A stretch of 64,000 nt of DNA, taken from Anaerohalosphaeraceae bacterium. Its GTDB lineage: Bacteria; Planctomycetota; Phycisphaerae; Sedimentisphaerales; Anaerohalosphaeraceae. The notes beneath the pieces were generated by a model. That model was given only the letters and a program-made list of their open reading frames with translations. It searched no databases and was not told where the DNA came from. Where the stretch lies: the NCBI GenBank assembly GCA_963675525.2, contig CAXXSL010000013.1, forward strand, positions 160,001 to 224,000, given 5' to 3'. Position numbers and translations under genes: made by a program. Shown here piece after piece: positions 52,187-61,825 of this stretch. Each line of letters starts with the position of its first letter. Position 1 is the first letter of the stretch.

Positions 52187-54037
52187 TTGGCGGAAATGAT
52201 GAGTCTTTTACAGGAAAATATTGACCCGAAAAATCTCGAAAAACTGAATGCACTTGGCAATGACCGTTTAAACACCTTCGTAGCCGAGGCCATTGAACTG
52301 ACGAATCCGGACAGCGTTCTGGTCTTTACCGATTCATCCGAAGACATCGAGACACTCCGCAACATGGCGAAAAACGGCGGCGGCGAGCACACCCTGGCCA
52401 CACCGGGCCATACCTATCACTTTGACGGTCCCAAGGACCAGGCCCGCGACAAAGCCAACACCAAGTACCTCCTGCCGAAGGGCATGGATCTGGGTGAAAG
52501 CCTCAACTCCATGGACAAGACCGAAGGCACCGCCGAAGTCAAAGGCTTTTTGAAGGATTCATACGTCGGCAAGCAAATGCTGGTATGCTTCTTCTGCCTG
52601 GGCCCGACCAATTCGGACTTCTCGATCTCGTGTGCGCAGATCACCGATTCACCGTATGTCGCTCACAGCGAAAGCATCCTATACCGCCCCGGCTACGAAC
52701 AGTTCAAAGCCGCCGGCGACGGATTCTTCCGCTTCCTGCACACCCAGGGCGAAACCGACGCCAACGGCTGCAGCGTCAATGTTGACAAACGCCGCGTCTA
52801 TATCGACCTGGAAGACAATATCGTGTACTCGACAAATACCCAGTACGCCGGAAACACCGTCGGCCTCAAAAAGCTGGCTTTGCGTCTGGCGATCCAGAAA
52901 TCGTCCAAAGAAGGCTGGCTCGCCGAGCACATGTTCATCATGGGACTCAACGGCCCGAACGGCCGCAAGACCTACTTTGCCGGTGCATTCCCGTCAGCCT
53001 GCGGAAAAACATCGACCGCAATGCTGCCCGGTCAGACCATCATCGGCGACGATATCGCCTACTTCCGCAAAAAAAACGGCAAGTTCATGACCGCCAACGT
53101 CGAACAGGGTATCTTCGGCATTATTGAAAATGTTAATGCCGATGACGACCCCGTCATCTTCGAAGCGCTCAACAGCCCCGGCGAAGTCATCTTCGGAAAC
53201 GTACTGATTGCAGACGGCAAGCCTTACTGGATGGGCATGGGCTCTGACATCACCACCAGCGGCACCAACTACCAGGGCGCTTGGGATCCAAGCATGACCG
53301 ACGTGAATCCCTCGCACAAGAACGCCCGTTACACGATTCGCCTGGATGCACTGGACAACGTGGACCCCGAACTGGACAACCCCAACGGCGTCGAAGCCGG
53401 CGGCATTATCTACGGCGGCCGCGACAGCGACACACAGGTGCCCGTCGAGCAGGCGTTTAACTGGACCGAGGGCATCATCGCCAAGGGCGCATCCATCGAA
53501 TCGGAAACCACCGCCGCAACATTGGGCAAAGCAGGCGTGCGAGCCTTCAACATTATGGCCAACCAGGACTTCGTCTCGATTCCGCTCGGTCAGTATATCC
53601 AGAACAACCTGGACTTCGTCGAAGGCATTAACAACGTCCCGTCGATCTTCTCGACCAACTACTTCCTCAAGGGCGACGACGGTCAGTTCCTCAACGGCAA
53701 ACTCGACAAGATGATCTGGGTCTTGTGGGCCGAGCTGCGGGTCAACGGCGATGTGGAAGCCATCAAGACGCCAACCGGCTGGATTCCCAAATATGAGGAC
53801 CTCGCGCCGCTGTTCAAAGAAAAACTGAACAAGGAATACAGCAAGGACGATTACGTCAAGCAGTTTACGATTCGCATTCCGAATCTGCTGGCCAAGTACG
53901 ACCGCGTCGAAGCCATCTACAAGGCAAAGGTCGCCGATACGCCGCAGATCGTGTACGACACCTTCGCGGCCATTCGCAAACGACTCAAAGACACGCAGGC
54001 CGAAAAAGGCGACAACATCAGCCCCCTCGACCTGTAA
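52187..54037 (+). CDS. pckG: Phosphoenolpyruvate carboxykinase (GTP)
   Basis: EGWLAEHM, AFPSACGKT, GDDIA, IIYGGR. Confidence 0.96.
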   Translation: MAEMMSLLQENIDPKNLEKLNALGNDRLNTFVAEAIELTNPDSVLVFTDSSEDIETLRNMAKNGGGEHTLATPGHTYHFDGPKDQARDKANTKYLLPKGMDLGESLNSMDKTEGTAEVKGFLKDSYVGKQMLVCFFCLGPTNSDFSISCAQITDSPYVAHSESILYRPGYEQFKAAGDGFFRFLHTQGETDANGCSVNVDKRRVYIDLEDNIVYSTNTQYAGNTVGLKKLALRLAIQKSSKEGWLAEHMFIMGLNGPNGRKTYFAGAFPSACGKTSTAMLPGQTIIGDDIAYFRKKNGKFMTANVEQGIFGIIENVNADDDPVIFEALNSPGEVIFGNVLIADGKPYWMGMGSDITTSGTNYQGAWDPSMTDVNPSHKNARYTIRLDALDNVDPELDNPNGVEAGGIIYGGRDSDTQVPVEQAFNWTEGIIAKGASIESETTAATLGKAGVRAFNIMANQDFVSIPLGQYIQNNLDFVEGINNVPSIFSTNYFLKGDDGQFLNGKLDKMIWVLWAELRVNGDVEAIKTPTGWIPKYEDLAPLFKEKLNKEYSKDDYVKQFTIRIPNLLAKYDRVEAIYKAKVADTPQIVYDTFAAIRKRLKDTQAEKGDNISPLDL

Positions 54038-54093
54038 TGGGAACGCGGGCGTCTCGCCCGCATATAAAAACGCCATGGCGCAAGCCATGCGAA
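54038..54093. repeat. TGGGA-type REP abutting a CATGGC-type palindrome
   Basis: TGGGAACGCGGGCGTCTCGCCCGCAT directly after the pckG stop, then the 29-mer shared with 48652. Confidence 0.85.
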
Positions 54094-54166
54094 CAAAGAA
54101 CCATTGTGCAGCACGGTCAGGTTATCCTGCCCGTGCTTTTTTATTTGCTTTCTAATGCAAAAGTTC

Positions 54167-54847
54167 TTACAGATAGTCTAATATCTGTTCAATATTGGAA
54201 ATGACATGATCGGCAATTTTCTTTCTTTCTTCGATGACTTCGGGCCACTGACGTGATATGATTTCAGTCGTCAATACCGTTTTCATCCCGACCGCCTTAG
54301 CGCCGACAAGTTCATTCGAGTTGCCGTCCCCGACAAAGAGCGACTCGTTGGCTTGTACATTCAGCCTGTCAAGACAGATTTGATAGATCTGTTTCTGCGG
54401 TTTCATGCAGCCGACATCGCAGGAGAAAACCGTCGCATCAAACTTCCCGCTTAACGGGCTTTTATCCCAGCCCTTTCGTTCCGGCCAGTCGGCATTACTG
54501 CACAGCGCCGTCAAAACGTCAGCCTGACGGATCCGATCCAGGGTTTGCAGGACATGCGGCTGTACCGCAATTATTGCCGCGGCAAAACGTTTTTCTCTTG
54601 TCTGTGCTGCTTGTGTAATTCTGTCGTGCGGAACATCATAGCCGCCCAGCTTAACCAGTTCAGCAATGATTTGTACCGTATCCGTCATCCGCCCGCAAAG
54701 CCGTTCTTCGGACCGCTCGAAAACCAGCCTGTTCCACTGCTCCTCCGGTATTCCAAGAATCTCCGCCGTCGAAGGACCCGAAACACCGTCCGTTTTAACA
54801 CTGACCAAGGTATGAAAGAGGTCAAAAACAATCGCTTTGGGTTTCAT
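54167..54847 (-). CDS. HAD-IA family hydrolase
   Basis: FDLFHTL, CSNA, KP, FVGD...ELVGA. Confidence 0.9.
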   Translation of the reverse strand: MKPKAIVFDLFHTLVSVKTDGVSGPSTAEILGIPEEQWNRLVFERSEERLCGRMTDTVQIIAELVKLGGYDVPHDRITQAAQTREKRFAAAIIAVQPHVLQTLDRIRQADVLTALCSNADWPERKGWDKSPLSGKFDATVFSCDVGCMKPQKQIYQICLDRLNVQANESLFVGDGNSNELVGAKAVGMKTVLTTEIISRQWPEVIEERKKIADHVISNIEQILDYL

Positions 54848-54860
54848 TACTTTTCTATGC

Positions 54861-55421
54861 TTATTTTGCCGGGATTTTGATCATTGTGCCGATGACGAGA
54901 TTTTTGGCTGCGGCAACCTCCGGATTCAATGCCTCGATCTCTTTGTAGCGGGCGCCGTTGTCGAGTTCATTGGCGGCGATCTTCCAGAAACTGTCGCCGT
55001 CCTTGATGGTGTATTCTCTAACACCGGCGGGTAGTGGTGTTGCGGGTTTTGAAACTCCCGGCCTTTGCGGTGCCGCTGTTACGGCGGGAGCGGCCGAGGC
55101 CGATTGAGGCAACTGGCTTAAGGCCTGCTTGAGTACTGCCTGGGTTCGTCCGAGTTCTGTTTTGGCCCGTGTCAGTTCCGCATTCAGCCGCGTGGTATCA
55201 TTCCGGGACCTGCTCAGATCACCCTTGAGTTTGGAGATTTCGGCATTGGCCTTCGTTAGGTCATCCTGCGTCTGTAACTGGCCCGTCTGTAACTGGTCGA
55301 TCATCGCATTAGCCTGGCTGATCTTCGATTGAGCCGCCCAATACCCGATGCCCGTTCCGCCGGCCAGCCCAACCAGCACGACGACGGCATAGATGACTGC
55401 CTGCTTGGTCATTTTGTCCAC
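54861..55421 (-). CDS. Membrane-anchored coiled-coil LysM protein
   Basis: TM, heptad region, YTIKDGDSFWKIA...IEALNP...LVIG. Confidence 0.88.
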   Translation of the reverse strand: MDKMTKQAVIYAVVVLVGLAGGTGIGYWAAQSKISQANAMIDQLQTGQLQTQDDLTKANAEISKLKGDLSRSRNDTTRLNAELTRAKTELGRTQAVLKQALSQLPQSASAAPAVTAAPQRPGVSKPATPLPAGVREYTIKDGDSFWKIAANELDNGARYKEIEALNPEVAAAKNLVIGTMIKIPAK

Positions 55422-55901
55422 TCCTTAAATATTTCTGCCAAATTACATCTGCAAATTCTAACCGCCATCCATCCCAGAATCAAGCAATTTAAACCGCCAT
55501 ACCTGCACCAAAGAGACAAAATCAGAATTAATGCACCCGTTGCTCTCGATTTTCAGGAAAATTTTGCACCGGCTGAACATAACGCTGTTTCTTTTCGTAG
55601 AAACAGGGTTGATGCCGCCTGTTTTTCGGTTGAGACGTTCACAAGTCAATAACCACTCAAGAGATATTATCGGAGACACGACTATGAAGCAGCTTGGAAA
55701 ATCACGGGGCCATACGCACCCCCGCAAACAATCACTGCGGCTGCCCGCCGAATGGGTCAAACACAACTACGCCGCAGACCTGAATAACCAAAAACTCTTA
55801 AAAAGGAGCACCCCTAAATAAACCGTTAAACACACCCTGAATGTGCCTGTGAAAACTGTGCTTACGGACAGAAGGCAGCGGTTGTTACTCTGTGAAAAGG
55901 T

Positions 55902-55993
55902 AATCCCGGAGGGATGGCGATATCGTAGCCGCCCGATTAAACCCCCGGAATAGAGGGCCTCTCCCTCCCTTTAAGCCCCAAAGGGGCGATATA
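55902..55993 (+). repeat. Solo three-hairpin REPIN-like unit (decayed)
   Basis: ATCCCGGAGGGAT...GTAGCC...AAGCCCCAAAGGGGCGATATA, matching the unit at about 8475-8560. Confidence 0.7.
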
Positions 55994-56093
55994 AGAGAAG
56001 CTTTTCTCCAGAGCAAGCGGTTGTGTTTTTTGCGCATAAAAAAAGCCTCAACCCGGGGTTGAAGCTTGGAATTTACATTTTTCAGAGTAAACG

Positions 56094-56762
56094 TTACATC
56101 CGCCAATCGAGGGGGTAATGGATACTGCGAGGGCTGATGTCGAATGTCCGGCTCAGGGACTCGGCCAGTGCGTCCGTCCGCTGCAGTTGGTTGTCGGTCA
56201 CCCCGTCGCTTCGCCGGTCCGATATCACACAAATCCGTATCGTCCCGGACTTGCTGCCGCAGGGCTGCTGTTTGGCCCAGAAGTCGGCCGCCTGGACCTG
56301 ACCGTCGTCACCGCCCTTGCCGTTGCAGACCACAAAATGGACATCCGCCGAACCGCCATCTGCCAATCCGGTCAGCAACGCCAGTTCACCAACATTTCCG
56401 CCGCCGGTCTTGCTGTAAACGATCTCGATCCGGTTCCACTGGACCGCCTCGGTCCGGATCGTATTGCGAACCACCTCTTCAACGGGGTCCAGACGAAGAT
56501 AACTCGACAGACTGTAAGCCCCCGCGCTGGGACCGTTATGGTCCAGTGACATCAGCACCAGAGCACCTACGGTCATCGAGGCGATTAGTGAAAAGAGTAC
56601 TGCGATATTTCTGTTTTGACCAGCCATGTTCATCCCTGATTCTGATTCATTCATCCCACCGGGGTAAGTGGGCGTACTTCGGTCTATCCCTGACACCATT
56701 ATACTATGTATTTCGGTAGGATGCATGAGTTTTGTATAAAGTTTTCTAATTTTTTCTGTCAT
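56094..56762 (-). CDS. Membrane-anchored amidase_2/PGRP-like protein, catalytic residues degenerate (start likely downstream)
   Basis: WNRIEIVYS, HFVVCNGKGGDDGQV, W.KQ, IRICVI, TDNQL. Confidence 0.65.
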   Translation of the reverse strand: MTEKIRKLYTKLMHPTEIHSIMVSGIDRSTPTYPGGMNESESGMNMAGQNRNIAVLFSLIASMTVGALVLMSLDHNGPSAGAYSLSSYLRLDPVEEVVRNTIRTEAVQWNRIEIVYSKTGGGNVGELALLTGLADGGSADVHFVVCNGKGGDDGQVQAADFWAKQQPCGSKSGTIRICVISDRRSDGVTDNQLQRTDALAESLSRTFDISPRSIHYPLDWRM

Positions 56763-57001
56763 TCCATATAAAACTTACGAAATATATCGGCAGATATACC
56801 GAGTAAAAACGCTTCGTGTCCGGATTTGCTCTCGCATTTTGTAAAAAGATTGGTACACTATTAACGATTATAACGGTAACAAGACGTTTCGGACACTTGT
56901 GACGGACCGAATCGACCAAACGCCGCCGGCAGCCTTTGTGAACGGAGCGGCCGGATAGATCAAAATTATGAAATACTGGCATAATATTATAAGGAGTTAT
57001 C

Positions 57002-57703
57002 ATGTCTGAATTAGACGTCATTCGTCAAATCGCTCAACAGGTACTCAGCGTACCGACGCTGACAGGGATACAGGATAACTGGTTATGGGACCGCACCCTG
57101 CGTATTCTCCGCAATGTTGAACATATCTGCAGGATGCCCGAACTGACCGAACAGGCGATGTCGATCGACCGGTTCTGCCTGATCGCGGCGGCTTATTTTT
57201 CCGATTCGGGCTTTGCTCACTTCACCGATGCTGAAAATGTCTCGGCGCGGTTGGTGCTGGCTGACATCAGCCTTTCGGACCTGTGTGATTTCTCCACCCA
57301 GATCGTTTCGGACCGTCTGTCCGGAGCCCTGGCCGGGCCGCGCATCGACAAGATCAATAAGATCATCGTCGAATCCTCCAACCGCTTCACGCATATGACC
57401 GAAGCAATGATTCTCTCGGACGCTCGAAATCTGGACGACATGGGTGCGGTGGGCCTTTTTCACGAGTTCCGCCGCTATGTCATTCACGGCAAAGGCGTTT
57501 CGGATGTTATGGATAACTGGAAACGCAAGATCGACTACCGCTACTGGCAGGCCCGTCTGAAGGAAAGCTTTCGCTTTGAGACTTCGCGCAAGCTGGCCGA
57601 ACAGAGGTTCAGTGCCGCCGAGTACTTCATGAATCAACTGAATGTCGAAAATGCCGCCAAAGACTTGGAGGAACTGCTGCTCGAATCACTGGACAAACGT
57701 TAA
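57002..57703 (+). CDS. HD-superfamily-like protein
   Basis: AAYFSDSG (cf. AALLHDIG), ILSDARNLDDMGAVG; AAGGAG RBS. Confidence 0.7.
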   Translation: MSELDVIRQIAQQVLSVPTLTGIQDNWLWDRTLRILRNVEHICRMPELTEQAMSIDRFCLIAAAYFSDSGFAHFTDAENVSARLVLADISLSDLCDFSTQIVSDRLSGALAGPRIDKINKIIVESSNRFTHMTEAMILSDARNLDDMGAVGLFHEFRRYVIHGKGVSDVMDNWKRKIDYRYWQARLKESFRFETSRKLAEQRFSAAEYFMNQLNVENAAKDLEELLLESLDKR

Positions 57704-57724
57704 CAATTAAGAAAGTCTGATAAT

Positions 57725-58246
57725 ATGGAAAGTAAAAAAGTAACCGCCATTTTTCCCGGCTCGTTCGACCCCATCACCAATGGCCACCTCGACGTCATCC
57801 GAAGGGGCAACAAGCTCTTCGACAATCTGGTGATCGCCGTCGGACAGAATCCGGGTAAATCTGAATTCTTCACTAAGGACGAGCGTATACGGATGATCCG
57901 GGAGCTGACCGCCGACATGCCGCGGGTCACCGTTCAAACCTACGACTGCCTGACCGTCAAGTTTGCCGCCGACATCAAAGCCGATGTCATGCTCCGGGGC
58001 CTGCGAAACCTCAGCGACGTCGCATACGAATTCCAGTTGGCGATGACCAACCGAACGGTCGCCGGCATCGAAACCGTTTTCGTCATGACCAGCGAAGAAT
58101 ACGGCTATGTCAACTCCACCATGGTTCGCCAGATCGCCCTGCTCGGAGGTGACGTCTCAAAATTAATCCCAGAATCCGTCTATCAGCAATTGCGAGAGAA
58201 AATTAATAAAACATCTCACACAATAGACACCGACGTCCCTGAATGA
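57725..58246 (+). CDS. coaD: Phosphopantetheine adenylyltransferase
   Basis: FPGSFDPITNGHLD, RGLR, NSTMVR. Confidence 0.97.
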   Translation: MESKKVTAIFPGSFDPITNGHLDVIRRGNKLFDNLVIAVGQNPGKSEFFTKDERIRMIRELTADMPRVTVQTYDCLTVKFAADIKADVMLRGLRNLSDVAYEFQLAMTNRTVAGIETVFVMTSEEYGYVNSTMVRQIALLGGDVSKLIPESVYQQLREKINKTSHTIDTDVPE

Positions 58247-58298
58247 CGGCCAGGCGTCCGAAAAAGGCGGCACTTGAAATAAAGATAAAGGAGCTGGC

Positions 58299-58664
58299 AT
58301 GTTTACAATCTTTTTGACAACCGCATTTACGGCACCGCATCAATTGACATTTTCTAACGGCACACAGGAACCCCTGCACGAACACGAATGGAAGGTCTGT
58401 GCCGCCGTTTCTGCCGATAAATTGAATGCCGAAGACCTTGTTATGGACTTTGAGGAGCTTAAACTCCTGCTTGAAGGCGCCCTGCAGGACTTTCGCAACA
58501 AACGGCTCGAAACCATCCCCCTTTTCGAGCACCGAAACACCTCGGCGGAAAACCTCGCCCGCATCCTGTACCAGCAAATCGCCCCCAGACTGCCGGATAC
58601 CGTTTGTCTGGATTATGTCGAGGTCACAGAAGCGGCTAATTGTCGAGCCCGTTACTCAATTTAA
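58299..58664 (+). CDS. queD: 6-carboxytetrahydropterin synthase
   Basis: F.APH, LHEHEW, VMDF, NTSAENLA, VTE. Confidence 0.85.
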   Translation: MFTIFLTTAFTAPHQLTFSNGTQEPLHEHEWKVCAAVSADKLNAEDLVMDFEELKLLLEGALQDFRNKRLETIPLFEHRNTSAENLARILYQQIAPRLPDTVCLDYVEVTEAANCRARYSI

Positions 58665-58754
58665 TCTGTTTCTGTTTCAGATGGGGTGCTTTTTCGTCGA
58701 TATTACAATATTCCTGTGTTATAATAGATTTCGATATTCTGTAAGGAAAAAATA

Positions 58755-59249
58755 ATGCTTTGTCAAAACTGCAAAGAACATACAGCAACCGTACACCTAA
58801 CCGAAATGTCCGACGGACAGCGGAGCGAAACGCATTTGTGTCAGCAGTGCGCCCAGCAGCAGGGACTGGCCATCAAAACACAGATTCCCCTGAACGAACT
58901 ACTCGGCACGCTGCTCAGTACCCAGCCGGAAAGCGGCGAGAAAAAAAACTCCCCTGCCGCCGAACACCCGTGCCCGAATTGCGGAATGACGCTTAAACGC
59001 TTTTCAAAAGAAAGCCTGCTCGGCTGTCCGCATGATTACACGGAATTTGAGCATGAATTGAAGCCCCTGATCGAGCAGACCCAAAACGGAAAAGACCATC
59101 ACTGCGGCAAAGTCCCGTCCCGCATCCCGAAAGAAGACCGTCAGGATGCCGAGCTGATCAAGCTGAACCGTCAGTTGGACGTTGCCGTCAAAAATGAAGA
59201 TTACGAAACCGCCGCAAGATTGCGGGATCAGATAAAGTCATGCACATGA
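58755..59249 (+). CDS. mcsA: McsA (CXXC motifs plus UvrB/C domain)
   Basis: CQNC, CQQC, CPNC, LGCPHDY, EDYETAARLRD. Confidence 0.92.
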   Translation: MLCQNCKEHTATVHLTEMSDGQRSETHLCQQCAQQQGLAIKTQIPLNELLGTLLSTQPESGEKKNSPAAEHPCPNCGMTLKRFSKESLLGCPHDYTEFEHELKPLIEQTQNGKDHHCGKVPSRIPKEDRQDAELIKLNRQLDVAVKNEDYETAARLRDQIKSCT

Positions 59250-60304
59250 GACCGGCCGATTTATGTCAATATCCAAGTTCGTGGTTTGCGGGAGGAACCG
59301 ATATTCTCTCCGAGGTGGTCATCTCCTCGCGCATTCGGCTGGCTCGCAATATTGCCGGCTATGAGTTTCTTTCCTGCCTGTCGCCCGACCGCCAGCAGCA
59401 GTTGCTGGATCGCATCAAAGAGACGCTTTTGTCGCTGGACCTCGGCGGCAAGGTGGATTATGTTGACATCGACCATGCCTCGGACATCGAACGCAGTCTG
59501 TTTGTCGAACGGCATCTTATCAGTCAGCGGCACGCCAAAGGGACCGGCCCGCGCGGTGTCGTGATCGCCAAAGACGAAGCGTTCACGGCGATGATCAACG
59601 AAGAAGATCATCTGCGTATCCAGGTCTATGCGGCCGGACTGCAATTGCATGCCTGTTGGGAACGCATCAACCGCATCGACGATGCGATCGAGCAAAAACT
59701 TGACTATTCATTTGACATCCGGCGAGGATACCTGACCGCCTGCCCGACAAATCTGGGCACCGGCATCCGCGTCTCCGTGATGCTGCATCTGCCCGCGCTG
59801 AAAATGACCGGCCAGATCGAAAAATTCATGCAGGCCGCACGCGACTGCAATCTGGCTGTTCGCGGCCTCTTCGGCGAAGGCACCGAAGCCGTCGGCGATT
59901 TCTTCCAGTTGTCCAACCAGGTCACGCTCGGCGTCAGCGAAAAACAGATCGTCGATGACTTCACTGAGCGGATCGTTCCGAAGATCATCGCTTATGAAGC
60001 CGAAGCCCGCAAAACTCTGCTGGAGAAAAAGCCCCACGCACTGGACGACAAGATCCAGCGGGCATTGGGTGTGCTGCGAAGCGCCTGCCTGATCAGTTCG
60101 CAGGAAGCCCTCTTTTTGTTGAGCAATGTACGTCTGGGCGTCAATGTCGGCCGGGTCAAGGATATCAGCCTGTCCACCGTCAACGAGTTGTTCATGCTGA
60201 CTCAGCCGGCCCATTTGCAGTTACGTGCCGGTAAGATCCTCAACGCCGATCAGCGCGATACACTCCGCGCCGAGATTATCCGGTCCCGTATGAACCGAAA
60301 CTAA
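59246..60304 (+). CDS. mcsB: Protein arginine kinase McsB
   Basis: SSRIRLARN, NEEDHLR, CPTNLGTG, SNQVTLG. Confidence 0.95.
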   Translation: MRPADLCQYPSSWFAGGTDILSEVVISSRIRLARNIAGYEFLSCLSPDRQQQLLDRIKETLLSLDLGGKVDYVDIDHASDIERSLFVERHLISQRHAKGTGPRGVVIAKDEAFTAMINEEDHLRIQVYAAGLQLHACWERINRIDDAIEQKLDYSFDIRRGYLTACPTNLGTGIRVSVMLHLPALKMTGQIEKFMQAARDCNLAVRGLFGEGTEAVGDFFQLSNQVTLGVSEKQIVDDFTERIVPKIIAYEAEARKTLLEKKPHALDDKIQRALGVLRSACLISSQEALFLLSNVRLGVNVGRVKDISLSTVNELFMLTQPAHLQLRAGKILNADQRDTLRAEIIRSRMNRN

Positions 60305-60345
60305 AGCTCTTGGAACCCATATCTTTGAAACCCCCGATTTGACCG

Positions 60346-60903
60346 TTACGTTTTGACCAGAAAAATCATGCTAACGGCAAACAGCACCAGACCGCCGGCG
60401 ATCGTTACCCAGCCTTTGGTCCGCTGCTTTTTCCACTTGGTCAGGCTCTGGGTGTATATCGGAGCCATCGCCGAATTACCGTTCTCTGATACCTCTCGCA
60501 TGTTTTCCAGGACTTCTTTGTTTGGCAGATACTGTTGGATGATCAGCGTATCCTGGGACATGACGTGTTCGTCGATCTTTTCCTTGGCAATGAGATCATA
60601 TTGAATGCCGCCCTTGGCCTGATCGAATCGGGCGGTGACAAAGTTGACATAGGGATCCTTTTTGGCCCGCTCAACCCATACCTGGCGGTCGGCGGCACTG
60701 AGGCCGAACGCGACCGGAAACAGCCGTTTTTTCTTGATCTTGATGCCGGTCGAGACCACGAAAATTGAGATCACAAACAGCACCCACAGCAAAATTCTCA
60801 CGCCCCGGCTGGTTTTTCGTTTGACAGGGACCCGGACAGAAGTCTCGTCCGGGGTCGATAACGACACTGCAGGCTCTGAAACATTTTCGACAGGTTCCGG
60901 CAT
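60346..60903 (-). CDS. Hypothetical 2-TM membrane protein
   Basis: 185 aa, AGGAG RBS. Confidence 0.7.
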   Translation of the reverse strand: MPEPVENVSEPAVSLSTPDETSVRVPVKRKTSRGVRILLWVLFVISIFVVSTGIKIKKKRLFPVAFGLSAADRQVWVERAKKDPYVNFVTARFDQAKGGIQYDLIAKEKIDEHVMSQDTLIIQQYLPNKEVLENMREVSENGNSAMAPIYTQSLTKWKKQRTKGWVTIAGGLVLFAVSMIFLVKT

Positions 60904-61047
60904 AAATAATCTCCTTTAGATAAACCATTTAAGCTGATGTACAGTATACCTTTTCCCCGGAAAACAGGCAATTAAAAAGACCAAAGAAGTTTCCGGGTGT
61001 TATATACTGCGATCGGGCGGCTCTGTAATCTGAGAGATAATATTTGC

Positions 61048-61416
61048 TTACTGCTGACTGTCAACGGTTTCGATCTTTTCGACTCGGCTGCTGTAGCCGA
61101 TACCGTACTGCCCGAAGCCTCTTTCGGTGAGAAAGAAGATGGTGGACTCCTCCGCCTGATCGATCTGAACAGCGCTTTCGCGTTTGGCATCGTCAAAAAA
61201 TTCCTTTGCGACGCCCTCGCCAAAACAGACGGTGTGGTCCAGTGCGGTCACGGGGTAATCAGTGATAAGCTGCTGGAGCCGCTTTCGCGTCAGGTGCATA
61301 CCACCGGCCAGCGACTGGTGTTCTCCGCCGGCATCCAGTTTGTGCCAAGTGTCTCCCGCCGCTGACTTCGTGCGGATGTAGATACTTCCCGATTTTGTGT
61401 GATAATGTATCTGCAT
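61048..61416 (-). CDS. Hypothetical protein
   Basis: MQIHYHTKSGSIY...; an opposite-strand ORF 60997..61365 is an alternative. Confidence 0.5.
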   Translation of the reverse strand: MQIHYHTKSGSIYIRTKSAAGDTWHKLDAGGEHQSLAGGMHLTRKRLQQLITDYPVTALDHTVCFGEGVAKEFFDDAKRESAVQIDQAEESTIFFLTERGFGQYGIGYSSRVEKIETVDSQQ

Positions 61417-61825
61417 ATTGAACACCCTAAACACAATTCGGCCCCCATTTTCAGGTTACCCGTTTTCTACGATTACCAGGTTTTTCATTATACCAAAAAG
61501 CTGGATAAAATATGAAGATTTTGTAAGGGAAAATAGCTCGCAGTACATTTTTTTTTAATAATAGCGAGACATCGAAAAGGGAGCTGTATTTTATAGGACG
61601 ATTCTAAAGCAAAACAAAAACTTTTTTTCGGCCATTCAGAGAACCGCCAAAGCGGATCGTATGCAAGAACAAGCGCAATGGCGCAAGTCGGAATTGGGCG
61701 GTTTTAAGAATTTCGGAAAGCTTTTCTAATTACATGACAAGCACTCCTACCTCCTTAATTTACCTTGAGTTGCCCGAATGAAAAGGAAAGTAAGTATCCG
61801 TGTTACGCATCATAGTTTGATTCGA

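Noticed and set aside
52994..54088. 364-aa antisense ORF (also long antisense ORFs over dnaK, mtnA and 61778..62857)
   Set aside because: Shadow ORFs from codon bias of strongly conserved genes on the opposite strand
55684..55821. Short ORF with PRKQSLRLP...HNYA resembling a RAYT N-terminus, next to a repeat unit
   Set aside because: Similarity too short; no HUH motif follows
56860..56970. Possible riboswitch (e.g. preQ1) in the leader of the HD-coaD-queD operon
   Set aside because: Only weak hairpins; no recognisable aptamer consensus or terminator
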